Program-made: the position numbers and the translations under genes
Notes under the pieces: generated by a model
Told to the model about the DNA's origin: nothing
The model's input: the letters and a program-made list of their open reading frames with translations, nothing else
The model's database searches: none
In this document: positions 21,265 to 31,297 of the stretch, piece by piece
How the letters are laid out: each line of letters opens with the position of its first letter
Numbering within the stretch: the stretch's first letter is position 1
Origin: a virus
Strand: one strand, 5' to 3'
IMG/VR virus record: IMGVR_UViG_3300030103_004816
DNA: 64,000 nucleotides

Positions 21265-21937
21265 AGTACCTCTTAAATCTGTCCCAACCTTCAGCGGGCT
21301 CTGTCTCAGTGTCATCCCAACATTCATAATATTTCTCTAATTCATATAACCAAAAAATAGCTGAATATCTAATTCCACCAGTTACAGGAGTAACTCCGTG
21401 CTTCATTTTTGAATCAAATAAAACAGCATCGCCAATATTTAAATCTATAATTTTAGCTTCACTTTCAAGATCGCTTTCATCACATTGTAATTTAAATATA
21501 CCACCATTATAGTCGCTTCTGTTGTTAAGTGCAATAGTTATAGAGACATCTCTTGTAGGCCTTCTATTCATTAAGTAAAATTTTTCTGGGTCAGTTACTC
21601 TATCACCTTTATGATCAGCAAAAACTGTATAATCTATTGTGTCTTTATGCCAATCAAACTTAGCTTTTATTTTAGCATCATATTTTAAAATACTAATAGC
21701 CTCATTACAATAGTACTTGTTGTTAAAAAGCTCATTTGCCTTTCTAATTACTTTAGCACCAATAGTATGTGTATGAAGATAGTTAATAGGAGATGCTTCT
21801 GTTATTCTAGCACCTGTAGTAGTAGGCATTCTTTTTTCACTAATAGACGATGCTCTTGTCCAACGGTCGTCTTTAAGAGCAATAAGATCAAATACCTCTT
21901 CTCTAGAGAGAAGATTTCTAATAACAAAACTTTTCAT
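21239..21937 (-). CDS. 2OG-Fe(II) oxygenase (prolyl 4-hydroxylase-like)
   Basis: WHKD..SITIALN..YNGG..HGVTPVTGGIRYSAIFW. Confidence 0.85.
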   Translation of the reverse strand: MKSFVIRNLLSREEVFDLIALKDDRWTRASSISEKRMPTTTGARITEASPINYLHTHTIGAKVIRKANELFNNKYYCNEAISILKYDAKIKAKFDWHKDTIDYTVFADHKGDRVTDPEKFYLMNRRPTRDVSITIALNNRSDYNGGIFKLQCDESDLESEAKIIDLNIGDAVLFDSKMKHGVTPVTGGIRYSAIFWLYELEKYYECWDDTETEPAEGWDRFKRYYEEHNLPL

Positions 21938-22200
21938 TATATAGGTAGTTTATTACCTGAAGCCTTTAATAGTTTATTACTTTCCGATTCTGCTGCTAAT
22001 TTAGCTTTAAGTACATGACTGTTTTTAACTAAAGATGCTATAGTTTCTATCTCAACATTATTCTGTTCAGCGTAGTGTGTAAGAGCATCTAGATAGCCAA
22101 TTTTTTTATCATTAACAAAAGTCTCAATAGATAAAGCAAAATCTTTTACTGTAATTATTTTCTCATCAATTTGTTGTTGGATAGTTTTTTTATCCTGCAT
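21937..22200 (-). CDS. gp33: Late transcription coactivator gp33
   Basis: F..IE..V..YLDA..Y...N.EIETIA.L..LK.K..E..LPI; next to gp59. Confidence 0.8.
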   Translation of the reverse strand: MQDKKTIQQQIDEKIITVKDFALSIETFVNDKKIGYLDALTHYAEQNNVEIETIASLVKNSHVLKAKLAAESESNKLLKASGNKLPI

Positions 22201-22636
22201 TTCTCATTCTTTCAACTAACCTTACTGATCTATTTCCTACTTGATGATACCATCTTGAGTCCATCATTTGATTAGCTGCCTCTTCATAATTTTCTTCATT
22301 AAGAGCTCCAATAAATTTCTTAAATTTACTTAATCGAGTTCTTCCCATATTAAACATCATATTAATAAGTATCTCTTGTACTTCATCTAACTTTTCATCA
22401 AAGTCAGGGAATAATACTTTACACTCATTAACTGTAACTTCTAGATCATGGTCAAATACTTCTAAGCATCTTTCTTCTGAAACTGGAACACCAACCTCTT
22501 GACCGAATTCTGGATCGGATTCTAGAACTAAATGTCCTATTCCGAATGTAGGATAACCTAAGTGATCTTTATAGATCTCATAAACTATACCCTCGTCAAT
22601 TTTTAATTGATCAATTACTTTTTGTTTATCGTACAT
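22190..22636 (-). CDS. Phage lysozyme (GH24)
   Basis: DEG..Y.DHLGYPTFGIGH..NMMFNMG..DSRWY.QV..R. Confidence 0.92.
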   Translation of the reverse strand: MYDKQKVIDQLKIDEGIVYEIYKDHLGYPTFGIGHLVLESDPEFGQEVGVPVSEERCLEVFDHDLEVTVNECKVLFPDFDEKLDEVQEILINMMFNMGRTRLSKFKKFIGALNEENYEEAANQMMDSRWYHQVGNRSVRLVERMRNAG

Positions 22637-22692
22637 ATTTACTCCGTATATTATATAATAGTTTGTAAGTTATTTCAACTATTTATTCTACC

Positions 22693-23328
22693 TTAAATAC
22701 AAGGCATTCTATAGCCATCTACGTGGAAATTATTATTAATACATTCAGATGTATTATTATACAGGTACCAGTTTCTTAAGACAACAACTGTAAGAACTGT
22801 ATTCATAATTGTCATTTGTCCAGCTTCAGAATTCTGAGCTGTAAGTGGAACAAAGAAACCTTTATGTGCTATAAACTCTATTGGACTTGGTTCTTCTGGT
22901 AAAAAAGGATTGCTTTCTTTTATATTAGGATTATTTTTTATAAAGTAATATGAACCAGCCATATCAAGAAAGTTTATAATATAAAAATATCTTAACTGTT
23001 CATCAGTCGGATCATTTTTTATTTGTAAAAATCGTAACCTGTTCTTCCTTTCCTTTGACTTTGATACTATCGACCTCAGTAAATTCTCCTGTTGTACAGC
23101 TTTCACGAGTGAAGGATGATAACAACAAGTCCACCCCATCGTAATTTCTTGTTTGACCTTCGAGTCTAGCCGCGAGATTGACGGCATCTCCGATGACGGA
23201 ATAGTCAAATCGTACTTCAGATCCCATGTTCCCGACGATGCACTCACCTGTATTGACACCAATGCCAACATTGATAGGAGGTAAGTTGAGAGGTTTAAGT
23301 TCATTGTTAAGTTTTTTAGTAGCTTCAA
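22693..23328 (-). CDS. Hypothetical protein overlapping the cyclase 3' end (start uncertain)
   Basis: Fills 22693-23011 in the operon direction; an in-frame start covering the whole segment exists only inside the cyclase gene. Confidence 0.5.
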   Translation of the reverse strand: MKLLKNLTMNLNLSTYLLSMLALVSIQVSASSGTWDLKYDLTIPSSEMPSISRLDSKVKQEITMGWTCCYHPSLVKAVQQENLLRSIVSKSKERKNRLRFLQIKNDPTDEQLRYFYIINFLDMAGSYYFIKNNPNIKESNPFLPEEPSPIEFIAHKGFFVPLTAQNSEAGQMTIMNTVLTVVVLRNWYLYNNTSECINNNFHVDGYRMPCI

Positions 23329-24832
23329 TTATTTCAACTGAGGTTTTTATTGCCATATCGGCATGATTATTACACGGTAGAGGCGCGTTCCAGAAGGCCA
23401 TAATACAATCACCCATGTACTTGTCTACCGTTCCACCATTATTTAGGATAATCTTTGTCTGAAGATCTAAGAACTTGTTAACTAATTCAACTAAACCTTC
23501 TGGATCATTTTTATTTTTATAATGCTCACTTATAGGAGTAAAACCACATATATCCATAAACATAAAACTCATTTCTTTTCTTTCTCCTCCTAACTTTAGT
23601 AATGATGGATCATCCTGTAATTGTTTTACTAAATCAGGGGATACGTAAGTGCCAAATTGTCTTTTTATTTGCTGCTTCTGTTTATAAGTATTATAGAATT
23701 GAATAAATGCTCCATGGCTAAATACTAGTACAGAAGATATAATTATCCAAGTAGGATCAAATAAGAGATATTTTGAATAAAAGAATGAGGAAGAAGCTAA
23801 ACCAGCAGCGCCAACGAAAAAGAGGCTGGCAATCCCAGATATCCAAACGGCAGCTCGACTTAATAGAACGAGACAAAGAAGACCAAGAAGTGCTTGAACG
23901 ATTAGCTCAACGAAAGAAAAATAATTGGGACGCTTAATTACTGTTCCGTCTATTATAGTCTTTACTAAGTTAGCCTGAATATCATGTGGATACATTGCTC
24001 CAACTGGTGTGGGTATAATATTGGTTCCTTCAAAAGTAGCACCTATTATTAAGATACTGCCTTGAGGTATATTCTCTCCCCTTATATCCCCTATGCTAAT
24101 GCGTTTAAATTTATTCCAATATGTGTTATATACAGTACCATCATCTAACGTGGAGATCTTAGCATACGCAGGGATACGCACCCATTCAATACCAACATCA
24201 TTAGTTTTTATCTGATATGAAATATCGCCAACGGCAACCCTTAGAATTTCTAAAGCAAATGATGGATAAACCTTTTTGTTTGCTGAAACAACAATAGGTA
24301 CTTTTCTAACTGTACCATCTATATCTGGAATAGCCCCTATAGAGCCATACCCGCTTGCCGATTTTGATAATATTTCTTGAGGTAGAAGTATACCTGGAAA
24401 GTCAAGAGTATAATCTTGAGCTGGTATTCTACCAAGCGTAGCTGTTCCTACATGTAATTCTCTTTCTGTCTGAATTTGGTTGGTAGGTGCTGTTGCTAAT
24501 ATAGAGGGATAATATTGGAGTGTTTCTGCTAATGACCAATCACCGTTGAATCTATCTTTTTCTGAAAGAATAATAGAAAGAGCAAGAAGGTTGTCAGGGG
24601 GGATATTATTTAACTCAAAAGCTAGTTCTTTTCTAGGCCAAGGCCATTGACCGAACTGCTGTAATGATTTTTCATCTATATCAACTAATATTATTTGATC
24701 TGAAGTAACTACTTCATGATTACGCTGAAGCATATCAAAATAATTTAATCTTGTTGCTTCTAATAAAAACGGATCAGCTACTCTCAAAGAAAGTAGTGCT
24801 AATAGAGTTATTCCGGCATGCCAGAGTTTCAA
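23012..24832 (-). CDS. Membrane-bound class III adenylate cyclase with CHASE2 sensor domain
   Basis: CHASE2 motifs DIDEKSLQQFGQWPWPR and DIDGTVR; TM helices; cyclase motifs F.DICGFT, DKYMGDCIMAFW, GNMGS..FDYSVIGDAVNLAARLE. Confidence 0.95.
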   Translation of the reverse strand: MKLWHAGITLLALLSLRVADPFLLEATRLNYFDMLQRNHEVVTSDQIILVDIDEKSLQQFGQWPWPRKELAFELNNIPPDNLLALSIILSEKDRFNGDWSLAETLQYYPSILATAPTNQIQTERELHVGTATLGRIPAQDYTLDFPGILLPQEILSKSASGYGSIGAIPDIDGTVRKVPIVVSANKKVYPSFALEILRVAVGDISYQIKTNDVGIEWVRIPAYAKISTLDDGTVYNTYWNKFKRISIGDIRGENIPQGSILIIGATFEGTNIIPTPVGAMYPHDIQANLVKTIIDGTVIKRPNYFSFVELIVQALLGLLCLVLLSRAAVWISGIASLFFVGAAGLASSSFFYSKYLLFDPTWIIISSVLVFSHGAFIQFYNTYKQKQQIKRQFGTYVSPDLVKQLQDDPSLLKLGGERKEMSFMFMDICGFTPISEHYKNKNDPEGLVELVNKFLDLQTKIILNNGGTVDKYMGDCIMAFWNAPLPCNNHADMAIKTSVEIIEATKKLNNELKPLNLPPINVGIGVNTGECIVGNMGSEVRFDYSVIGDAVNLAARLEGQTRNYDGVDLLLSSFTRESCTTGEFTEVDSIKVKGKEEQVTIFTNKK

Positions 24833-25573
24833 TTAATTACCTTGTTGAATTGATAGTGTGCAACCACCAACTGTCATACAGTTTTGTGATAGTGAATAAG
24901 AATAAGTAGTAGTACCTAGTTGTTTAAATATTAAATCAGTTCCATATAACCCGTCAAGTGTAATGTTTGCTGTATGAGTTGCATTTGCCCCTTTTTGTCT
25001 TGCAGTAACAGAGTTATCATCATTATATATTGTTAGATTCATTGACTTAACACCACTTGATTGTTGTCTACCAGCAATTTCATTCCAGTCACCTGCTAGA
25101 TGAAAATTAAAATCGTGTCCATCTGATGCACCACTTTGATTAGTTTGGTGCCATTGTAGTGAATTATTATTACCGTATAAATCTATTTCCATATAATGAC
25201 CACCGCCTTCAGCACCATCGTAAGTGTATGAACCATCACTCTGCCATGCAACACCTTGTCCTAATTTAAAAGAATTAGATGAGCCTGATACTTCATCAAA
25301 TAAAATTTTATTTACATTACCAGCAAAGTTATATTGAACTATATGTATATCTAAGTTCGGAGCATTATTAATATATGATGAGGAATCTAACATTCCTATT
25401 TGATTATTATAACCTACTTGTTCAATTTCAAGGGAAAGGTTATTACCTGATTGCTCTAAAGAAATAATATTATCATCAGCAAAAGAGTTAGCGGCCCAGG
25501 CTACACCAAATAAGAAAAATAAAGCACCAATTAATGCATTAGCAACTCTATTATTAAATTTACTTTCCTTCAT
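24833..25573 (-). CDS. Curlin-repeat secreted protein (CsgA/CsgB-like)
   Basis: Signal peptide; repeated Q.G.NN...I.Q motifs. Confidence 0.75.
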   Translation of the reverse strand: MKESKFNNRVANALIGALFFLFGVAWAANSFADDNIISLEQSGNNLSLEIEQVGYNNQIGMLDSSSYINNAPNLDIHIVQYNFAGNVNKILFDEVSGSSNSFKLGQGVAWQSDGSYTYDGAEGGGHYMEIDLYGNNNSLQWHQTNQSGASDGHDFNFHLAGDWNEIAGRQQSSGVKSMNLTIYNDDNSVTARQKGANATHTANITLDGLYGTDLIFKQLGTTTYSYSLSQNCMTVGGCTLSIQQGN

Positions 25574-25722
25574 CCTTGACCTCTATATTTTTTCCAGGAT
25601 CTCTTTTTATTTTTATTCATTGTAGCTTTAGCTACATTACCTCTGCCTTGCGAAGTTTTTTTACCTCTTATTCCAGCAGTAGGTATATGATTTTTTTGAA
25701 ATGAGTTAGATCTTGTTGCCAT
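25570..25722 (-). CDS. Small basic hypothetical protein
   Basis: Manual translation MATRSNSFQK..KKTSQGRG..KRSWKKYRGQG. Confidence 0.6.
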   Translation of the reverse strand: MATRSNSFQKNHIPTAGIRGKKTSQGRGNVAKATMNKNKKRSWKKYRGQG

Positions 25723-25923
25723 CTATTCCCACACTAACTTAATACCCCTACGGGTTAATTCATTTCTACACTTTTGTTTTATTTTTGGTTTCTGACCATT
25801 ATTTATATAGTCTATAAGTTCTTTCTTAGGTGTATTTTTAATATAAAAATGCTCAATAGGGGCAGTCTTAGGATTGCCTCCTCTTACAAATTTTTTAGCT
25901 GATGGTTTAAATTTTATTGGCAT
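25723..25923 (-). CDS. Small basic hypothetical protein
   Basis: AGGAGA RBS and a CTAAATA late-like promoter upstream. Confidence 0.65.
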   Translation of the reverse strand: MPIKFKPSAKKFVRGGNPKTAPIEHFYIKNTPKKELIDYINNGQKPKIKQKCRNELTRRGIKLVWE

Positions 25924-25972
25924 ATATTCTCCTATTTAGCACTATTATATACTCTTTTTATATATATTTCAA

Positions 25973-27130
25973 CTAGTTACCTTGTTTAATAACTATAATT
26001 ATATCGTCACCACCATTTCCTTGAATAGTTCCTTGATATCCATCAACTTCAGTAGATAGACTAAAGCTAGCTCCTGCTCCAAAGGTAATACTTATTACTC
26101 CATTTACATCCCTATAAACTACTAACTTACCATCTTCTTCAAAAATATTATATTGACTATCTTTATTTAATCCAAACTGAGCATCTTTTAGTACCCAGCC
26201 ACTTAGACCACCAGTTCCTGCTTGAGCGTCGCCTAACTCTTCTGTTGTTCTTAATAACTCTTCTACAGCATCTAATAAATCAGGTAAAAAGTCACCTGCT
26301 AAGTAATCAATATCTATCCTACCATTTCTTGCGTCATATTCTGGATCATTAGCATAATCATCATAGTCTTTATCTAGTTCATCATATTCCAAAAAGTCAA
26401 CATCAAGTATACCTTGATCTTGATTCATATCAGCTCTAGCCTCTTCTTCAATTTGTTCTTTTACTTCAGGAGGAGGATTAACAATAAACATATTATCAAT
26501 CATACTAGGAGTTATATTATTAAGAGTTAAAGATTGACTTGGAGGAGTATCTAAAGTAGTAACCATTGTAGCTTGATAAGCTTCATTTAAAGTTATAGTA
26601 CCACCTAAGTTAGTTACAGTTATCTCACCTGATGCATCTCCATTTTCATCAGGTAATAATATAATTAAAGATCTCCCTATTTCGTCAACTGTAGTAGTAA
26701 AATCTGTTCCTCTTATACCAATTGTTGCAGTAGGAGTTTTTATATCTATATTTTTTTTATTCATTATAGCAAGTTTACCAGAAGCAAATCTTGCTGTACC
26801 TTGAACGAATTGCATTGTCATTTTTGACTTACTAGGATCTGGATCGTAAATGACTTCGTCGATTAATATTTTAGTATGTTCTGTAAGAGCCAGTTCTGCT
26901 TTATCTATAAATTCTATAAGCATTCTACCGTTTGCTGTTTCAGCGGTATCATATAACTCTATTTCTGGAAGAAAATCTTTTGAAAGGATTAGTGGATTGT
27001 CATCTCTGACTATTTGACCGGCACCGGTCTGCTCTATTATATCACCGATGGGGTCAGCAAAGACCCCATTGATGAGTAACAAATTAAGAATCGTTAGACG
27101 AATCTTTTTGGTTAATTTGTATTGTTGCAT
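25973..27130 (-). CDS. FecR-domain exported protein
   Basis: Signal peptide; D..ET..G...I.F.D..L.EHT...ID..Y; TPTATIGIRGTDF. Confidence 0.88.
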   Translation of the reverse strand: MQQYKLTKKIRLTILNLLLINGVFADPIGDIIEQTGAGQIVRDDNPLILSKDFLPEIELYDTAETANGRMLIEFIDKAELALTEHTKILIDEVIYDPDPSKSKMTMQFVQGTARFASGKLAIMNKKNIDIKTPTATIGIRGTDFTTTVDEIGRSLIILLPDENGDASGEITVTNLGGTITLNEAYQATMVTTLDTPPSQSLTLNNITPSMIDNMFIVNPPPEVKEQIEEEARADMNQDQGILDVDFLEYDELDKDYDDYANDPEYDARNGRIDIDYLAGDFLPDLLDAVEELLRTTEELGDAQAGTGGLSGWVLKDAQFGLNKDSQYNIFEEDGKLVVYRDVNGVISITFGAGASFSLSTEVDGYQGTIQGNGGDDIIIVIKQGN

Positions 27131-27818
27131 TATCAGATGTAATATCTAAATCTATGGATGCGTTTGGAGTAGCACAATCTGTACCTGCTCCTGATGCACA
27201 TGTTCCAGAGATTTGATTAATATCTATATCAGCTGAATCACCTGTAAGCTCAATAATTAGTTCTTGCGAACCATCATTTTGCAAAGTGTTTATGTTATTA
27301 CTGTCACCAGTAATATCAAGATTCCAAGTGATATCATCAGCTTCCCAATCGATATCAAATATATTAGAACTTCCCAACAATATTAGATCAGCGTCTAATC
27401 TTTCGGCGCTTGCTGCATAACCTTGATCTAAGTTAAACTCATTACTGTCTCCAGTAACGTCAAAATTGATATCAGATGAATCGGCACTACCGATATATCC
27501 AATATCCCAATCTATTTCATTTGAATCGCCTGTAAAGTCAAGCTTGTATACTGAACTATCAGCTTTTACAACTCCAAATAAAATATTCTGGTTTCCTAAA
27601 AAGTCTAAATCGAATTCTAGACTAGAACCAGTTATAACTAAGTCAGAACTTGAACTAGAAAAATCAGTACCACCTATTTTGTTACCAAAACCAATTTGGT
27701 CTATGTATAACTTTAAGGTGTCACCTGATTGTTCGATTAAGATCTCGTTATCATCAGTGGCTTGCGCGAAAATAAAAGAAGTCGACAATAGCAATGCTAT
27801 ACTTAAAAGTTTATTCAT
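27084..27818 (-). CDS. Curlin-like repeat secreted protein
   Basis: Signal peptide; (D/N)xxGDSN repeats; highly acidic. Confidence 0.7.
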   Translation of the reverse strand: MNKLLSIALLLSTSFIFAQATDDNEILIEQSGDTLKLYIDQIGFGNKIGGTDFSSSSSDLVITGSSLEFDLDFLGNQNILFGVVKADSSVYKLDFTGDSNEIDWDIGYIGSADSSDINFDVTGDSNEFNLDQGYAASAERLDADLILLGSSNIFDIDWEADDITWNLDITGDSNNINTLQNDGSQELIIELTGDSADIDINQISGTCASGAGTDCATPNASIDLDITSDNATIQINQKDSSNDS

Positions 27819-28788
27819 TTTCGTTTACCTTTTCCTTAAGAGGATGTAGTTCATTTTTACCATCATGTTGATGAGGGTGTCTATGCCCTTCCTCTATAAT
27901 CCAGAAGCCTCTATCGTGCCCCTGGTAAATTAATTCCAGTACTCCAGCTTCAATAGCTGTCCGTACCGCGTATGTCACAGACTCATTATTACCCACACCA
28001 TCTTCAAACTCGACTAATTGAGTTCCCTGCTCTACAAAGCGGAAGACGTCTCCTCCTGAGCCATAACTCAGTACTGTCTTTCTTGTTTGAACATTTAATA
28101 ATATTTCACCTGTGAGAACTGAAACGGCCCTCATAGAAATTGTAACGACATCTTGTCGATATCGTTTACTGTAACCTATACCTAGAGTTCTAGCTCCTAT
28201 CCCTCCAGATTTGATATTAGTATCATAACCTATTATACCACCTTCTACTATTATTCCAGCAAATAAAAGTGGCTGTATACCTTTATCGTCTTGTCCTGTT
28301 TTATTAGCCATATCAGTTCTTGCTGATCGGATAATCTGTCTCTCTCTTACTAGATGGTCAATTCCATTTCTTTCTACTACTCTAAACCATGTACCATCTC
28401 CAGCTGTTTTAAGAGCATCGATAACCATCTCTACTCCACCTTGAGTAACAGCTGTTGAAAAGTCTGCTATTCCTTCTCTTGCTTTTCTTTGACCAGTCTT
28501 ATCTGTAAACTTATATACTGTAACTATAGGCATCTCTTGAGCTGGAGGTAATTGTAATAACTCTAAGTAAGAAGGTAGTTTTACAACTTCAGGATTTTCA
28601 ATACATATATATTTTCTAGTAACTGATTTAGCAATTCCAGTTACAACATCTTTTTTCCAGCCCTCTTCATACTTACCTGTTTCATACGCACATTGACCTG
28701 GTCCTTCTGACCATTGCGGTACTGATGCGCAGCTTGTAAGTAGAAGTGCTGCTAAAAAATATTTAACCATTATCTGGATCTTGCCCAA
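27811..28788 (-). CDS. csgG: Curli secretion channel lipoprotein CsgG
   Basis: Lipobox LTSC; VYKF.DKTGQRK..FSTAVTQG..WFRVVER.G...L..ERQIIR..EGGIIGYD. Confidence 0.95.
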   Translation of the reverse strand: MGKIQIMVKYFLAALLLTSCASVPQWSEGPGQCAYETGKYEEGWKKDVVTGIAKSVTRKYICIENPEVVKLPSYLELLQLPPAQEMPIVTVYKFTDKTGQRKAREGIADFSTAVTQGGVEMVIDALKTAGDGTWFRVVERNGIDHLVRERQIIRSARTDMANKTGQDDKGIQPLLFAGIIVEGGIIGYDTNIKSGGIGARTLGIGYSKRYRQDVVTISMRAVSVLTGEILLNVQTRKTVLSYGSGGDVFRFVEQGTQLVEFEDGVGNNESVTYAVRTAIEAGVLELIYQGHDRGFWIIEEGHRHPHQHDGKNELHPLKEKVNENE

Positions 28789-29245
28789 AGTTTCCTGTAC
28801 CTACTGGTATCTCAATTACTGTTTCTGTTCCGTCTTCTGATACAACAGTTAATCTTATAAATTCTGCTCCTGATTCATCCGTTATTACTTCCCAAGTAAT
28901 AATATTACCTTCTAACGCAAAAGATCCAAACCCAGCAGGGTTATCATTTGCGAACATTGATTCAACTAATTGTTTTGCGAATTGAGCATATATTCTGCTC
29001 TCTAAGTTACGAATGAACTTAGCTAATGTAGAATTTTCAGCTTCTCTTTCAGCTGCTTTTCTTGCTGATTCTAAAGCTTCTTCTATTGCTTTCTTTCTTG
29101 AGTGTTCTTGATTCTCAATAGTTAAGTAGTGAGCTCCTTGGCCTATACCACTAAATGATGGGTTTTTAAACTCATGAACTATTTCCTGAGCATATATAGA
29201 TGACGCTACGAATATTAAGCTACTTATTATTACCTTTTTGTACAT
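28763..29245 (-). CDS. csgF: Curli assembly protein CsgF
   Basis: Signal peptide followed by F.NPSF.G; C-terminal T.IEIP. Confidence 0.88.
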   Translation of the reverse strand: MYKKVIISSLIFVASSIYAQEIVHEFKNPSFSGIGQGAHYLTIENQEHSRKKAIEEALESARKAAEREAENSTLAKFIRNLESRIYAQFAKQLVESMFANDNPAGFGSFALEGNIITWEVITDESGAEFIRLTVVSEDGTETVIEIPVGTGNFGQDPDNG

Positions 29246-29528
29246 TGACTTCCTCTTTTAATTTTTCAACTTCTCTATATTCAAGTACTACATTTACTTT
29301 TTGTTGAAGTCTAATTAAATCTTGATCTAACATTCTAGTTTGATCAATCACTCTTATTAATGCCATGTGCATTTCTTCTATTTGTGGTTCAATGTGTTCA
29401 CCAATAAACCACCATACATAATAAATGAAATACCCCATACCAATTGACATAATAACGGGAAAGCCATAGTCATTGACTAATTGAACGATTGTAGGATCTT
29501 CTGATGCGACTAAAACTAAATCATCCAT
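29220..29528 (-). CDS. Small membrane protein (1 TM + coiled coil)
   Basis: YGFPV..GYFIYYVW..LDQDLIRL; paralog-like to the upstream gene. Confidence 0.65.
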   Translation of the reverse strand: MDDLVLVASEDPTIVQLVNDYGFPVIMSIGMGYFIYYVWWFIGEHIEPQIEEMHMALIRVIDQTRMLDQDLIRLQQKVNVVLEYREVEKLKEEVNVQKGNNK

Positions 29529-29824
29529 TAGTCTCTCCTTACGTCCAGCTTATTGTCCTCAATAAAATTCTCTGCTCGAGCAATTCTATCGATATCGGGT
29601 TTTACTCCTAAAGCACTACTAACGAGTAAGTCTATTTTTATCATTTCATTACTCATAGTACGCGCTCTGTTTTCAAGCATACTACAGAAACCAGTCAACG
29701 TTTTAATATCGTCAACTATTCCTTCTAAAATCTGTTTTATTACGGTAAAGATAAAGAAGCCCATAACTAATGATCCAGCTATGGGAGCTCCGAGTTCGCC
29801 AACTAATTCTAAAAAGGTCTCCAT
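29528..29824 (-). CDS. Small membrane protein (1 TM + coiled coil)
   Basis: ELGAPIAG..GFFIF..LENR..MSNEMIKID. Confidence 0.65.
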   Translation of the reverse strand: METFLELVGELGAPIAGSLVMGFFIFTVIKQILEGIVDDIKTLTGFCSMLENRARTMSNEMIKIDLLVSSALGVKPDIDRIARAENFIEDNKLDVRRD

Positions 29825-29851
29825 ATTGCCTTTATTTAGGCAAATTAGAGG

Positions 29852-31297
29852 TTAATAGAATACTTTTACACCATACTTATCTTCAAACCTATCAGCATCA
29901 GATATATTATTTACCATAGGTTCACCTCTTATGTTAAGAGATGTATTTAAAAGAACAGAACAACCAGTTCTCTTCTTCCATTCCTCTAGAATTGCTCTAA
30001 AGATAGTTGGGTCGCTTTTAGAAACTGTCTGTATTCTAGATGTGCCATCCTTATGAATAACAGCAGGTATATTTTTATCTATACATTTTACTACCATCTG
30101 CATATAAGGTGATACATACGAAGGTGTAAAATATTTCATAGTATCTTCTTCTAATACAGCAGGGGCAAAAGGTCTAAATTTCTGTCTACGTTTTATAGTA
30201 TTAACTAGGTCCTGTACATCAGCTCCTCTCGGGTCAGCAATAAGAGACCTATTTCCTAGAGCTCTTGGACCAAACTCAGCAGGACCAACAGCCACTCCAC
30301 ACATACCATATTTCTTTATATGTAATACTATATCTTTAGCTAAAGCCTTTATAGGTTTAGATGGCTCTATATTGTAGCCAAGGTAAGGATGTTGCCAGTT
30401 TACTTTCTTGCCGTAGGCTAAAGCGGCAGCGCCAAGAGAACCCCCAGCATCACCTGGATTAGGAAATATCCATAAGTTACCTTTACATTGTTCATGTAAT
30501 TTAGTATTAGCCACACAGTTAAGAGCAACACCACCTCCATAAACTACATTATCAGATATAGTTAAAGCTTTATCAAATAACATTTGTAGTTTATTCTCTA
30601 AAATAATCTGAGCATTAAATGCTATGTCAACAGGCTTATACTTATCAAGACTCATAGCTTGTATCATAGACTTAGGTACGCCTCTATGTAAGTTATGACT
30701 AAAGAGAGAGTGTAACTTCTGAATTAAACTTTTATTGTATTTACCAAAAGCAGCCATACCCATAAAAATGTATTCCTCATCAAGAGGTCTTAATCCTACA
30801 AAGTGAGTTAAAGCAGTATACCATAAACCTATTGAATTAGGATATTTTTTTGTATAAACTTTCTTATATTTTGCATATCCTTTTTTATCATAATGACATT
30901 TCCATATTGTAGTAGTATCCCATTCACCAATACTATCAACTACAACAGCAGCTGCTTCTTCATAGTTGGAAGTCTGAAAAGTAGCTGCAGCATGAGACAA
31001 ATGATGATGATGTTCTTCATCTGGATGCCATGCTAATTGTCTTTTCGAAAATACAGTTTTAAATTGACCAGCATAAAGCTGTCTTGTTTTCTTTAATAGT
31101 GGTTTTTCAAAGAATGATGTAGACTTAATATCAAAATTATTATCTATATATTCTTTAAGCTCAGGTGAGATTTGCTTCTCATGCTTGTTACCTGAAAACC
31201 TCTCTGAATGAGAGGCAAAAACGATATTGCCATTATCGTCTATAATTGATGCCGCTGCATCGTGAAATCCTTCACTCCATCCTAAATACATAATCAC
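29852..31297 (-). CDS. Carbamoyltransferase (NodU/CmcH/TobZ family)
   Basis: HDAAA..ERFS..HHLSHAA..GGVALNC..P.PGDAG..EFGPRALGNRS..FRPFAP..LLNTSLN. Confidence 0.96.
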   Translation of the reverse strand: MIMYLGWSEGFHDAAASIIDDNGNIVFASHSERFSGNKHEKQISPELKEYIDNNFDIKSTSFFEKPLLKKTRQLYAGQFKTVFSKRQLAWHPDEEHHHHLSHAAATFQTSNYEEAAAVVVDSIGEWDTTTIWKCHYDKKGYAKYKKVYTKKYPNSIGLWYTALTHFVGLRPLDEEYIFMGMAAFGKYNKSLIQKLHSLFSHNLHRGVPKSMIQAMSLDKYKPVDIAFNAQIILENKLQMLFDKALTISDNVVYGGGVALNCVANTKLHEQCKGNLWIFPNPGDAGGSLGAAALAYGKKVNWQHPYLGYNIEPSKPIKALAKDIVLHIKKYGMCGVAVGPAEFGPRALGNRSLIADPRGADVQDLVNTIKRRQKFRPFAPAVLEEDTMKYFTPSYVSPYMQMVVKCIDKNIPAVIHKDGTSRIQTVSKSDPTIFRAILEEWKKRTGCSVLLNTSLNIRGEPMVNNISDADRFEDKYGVKVFY

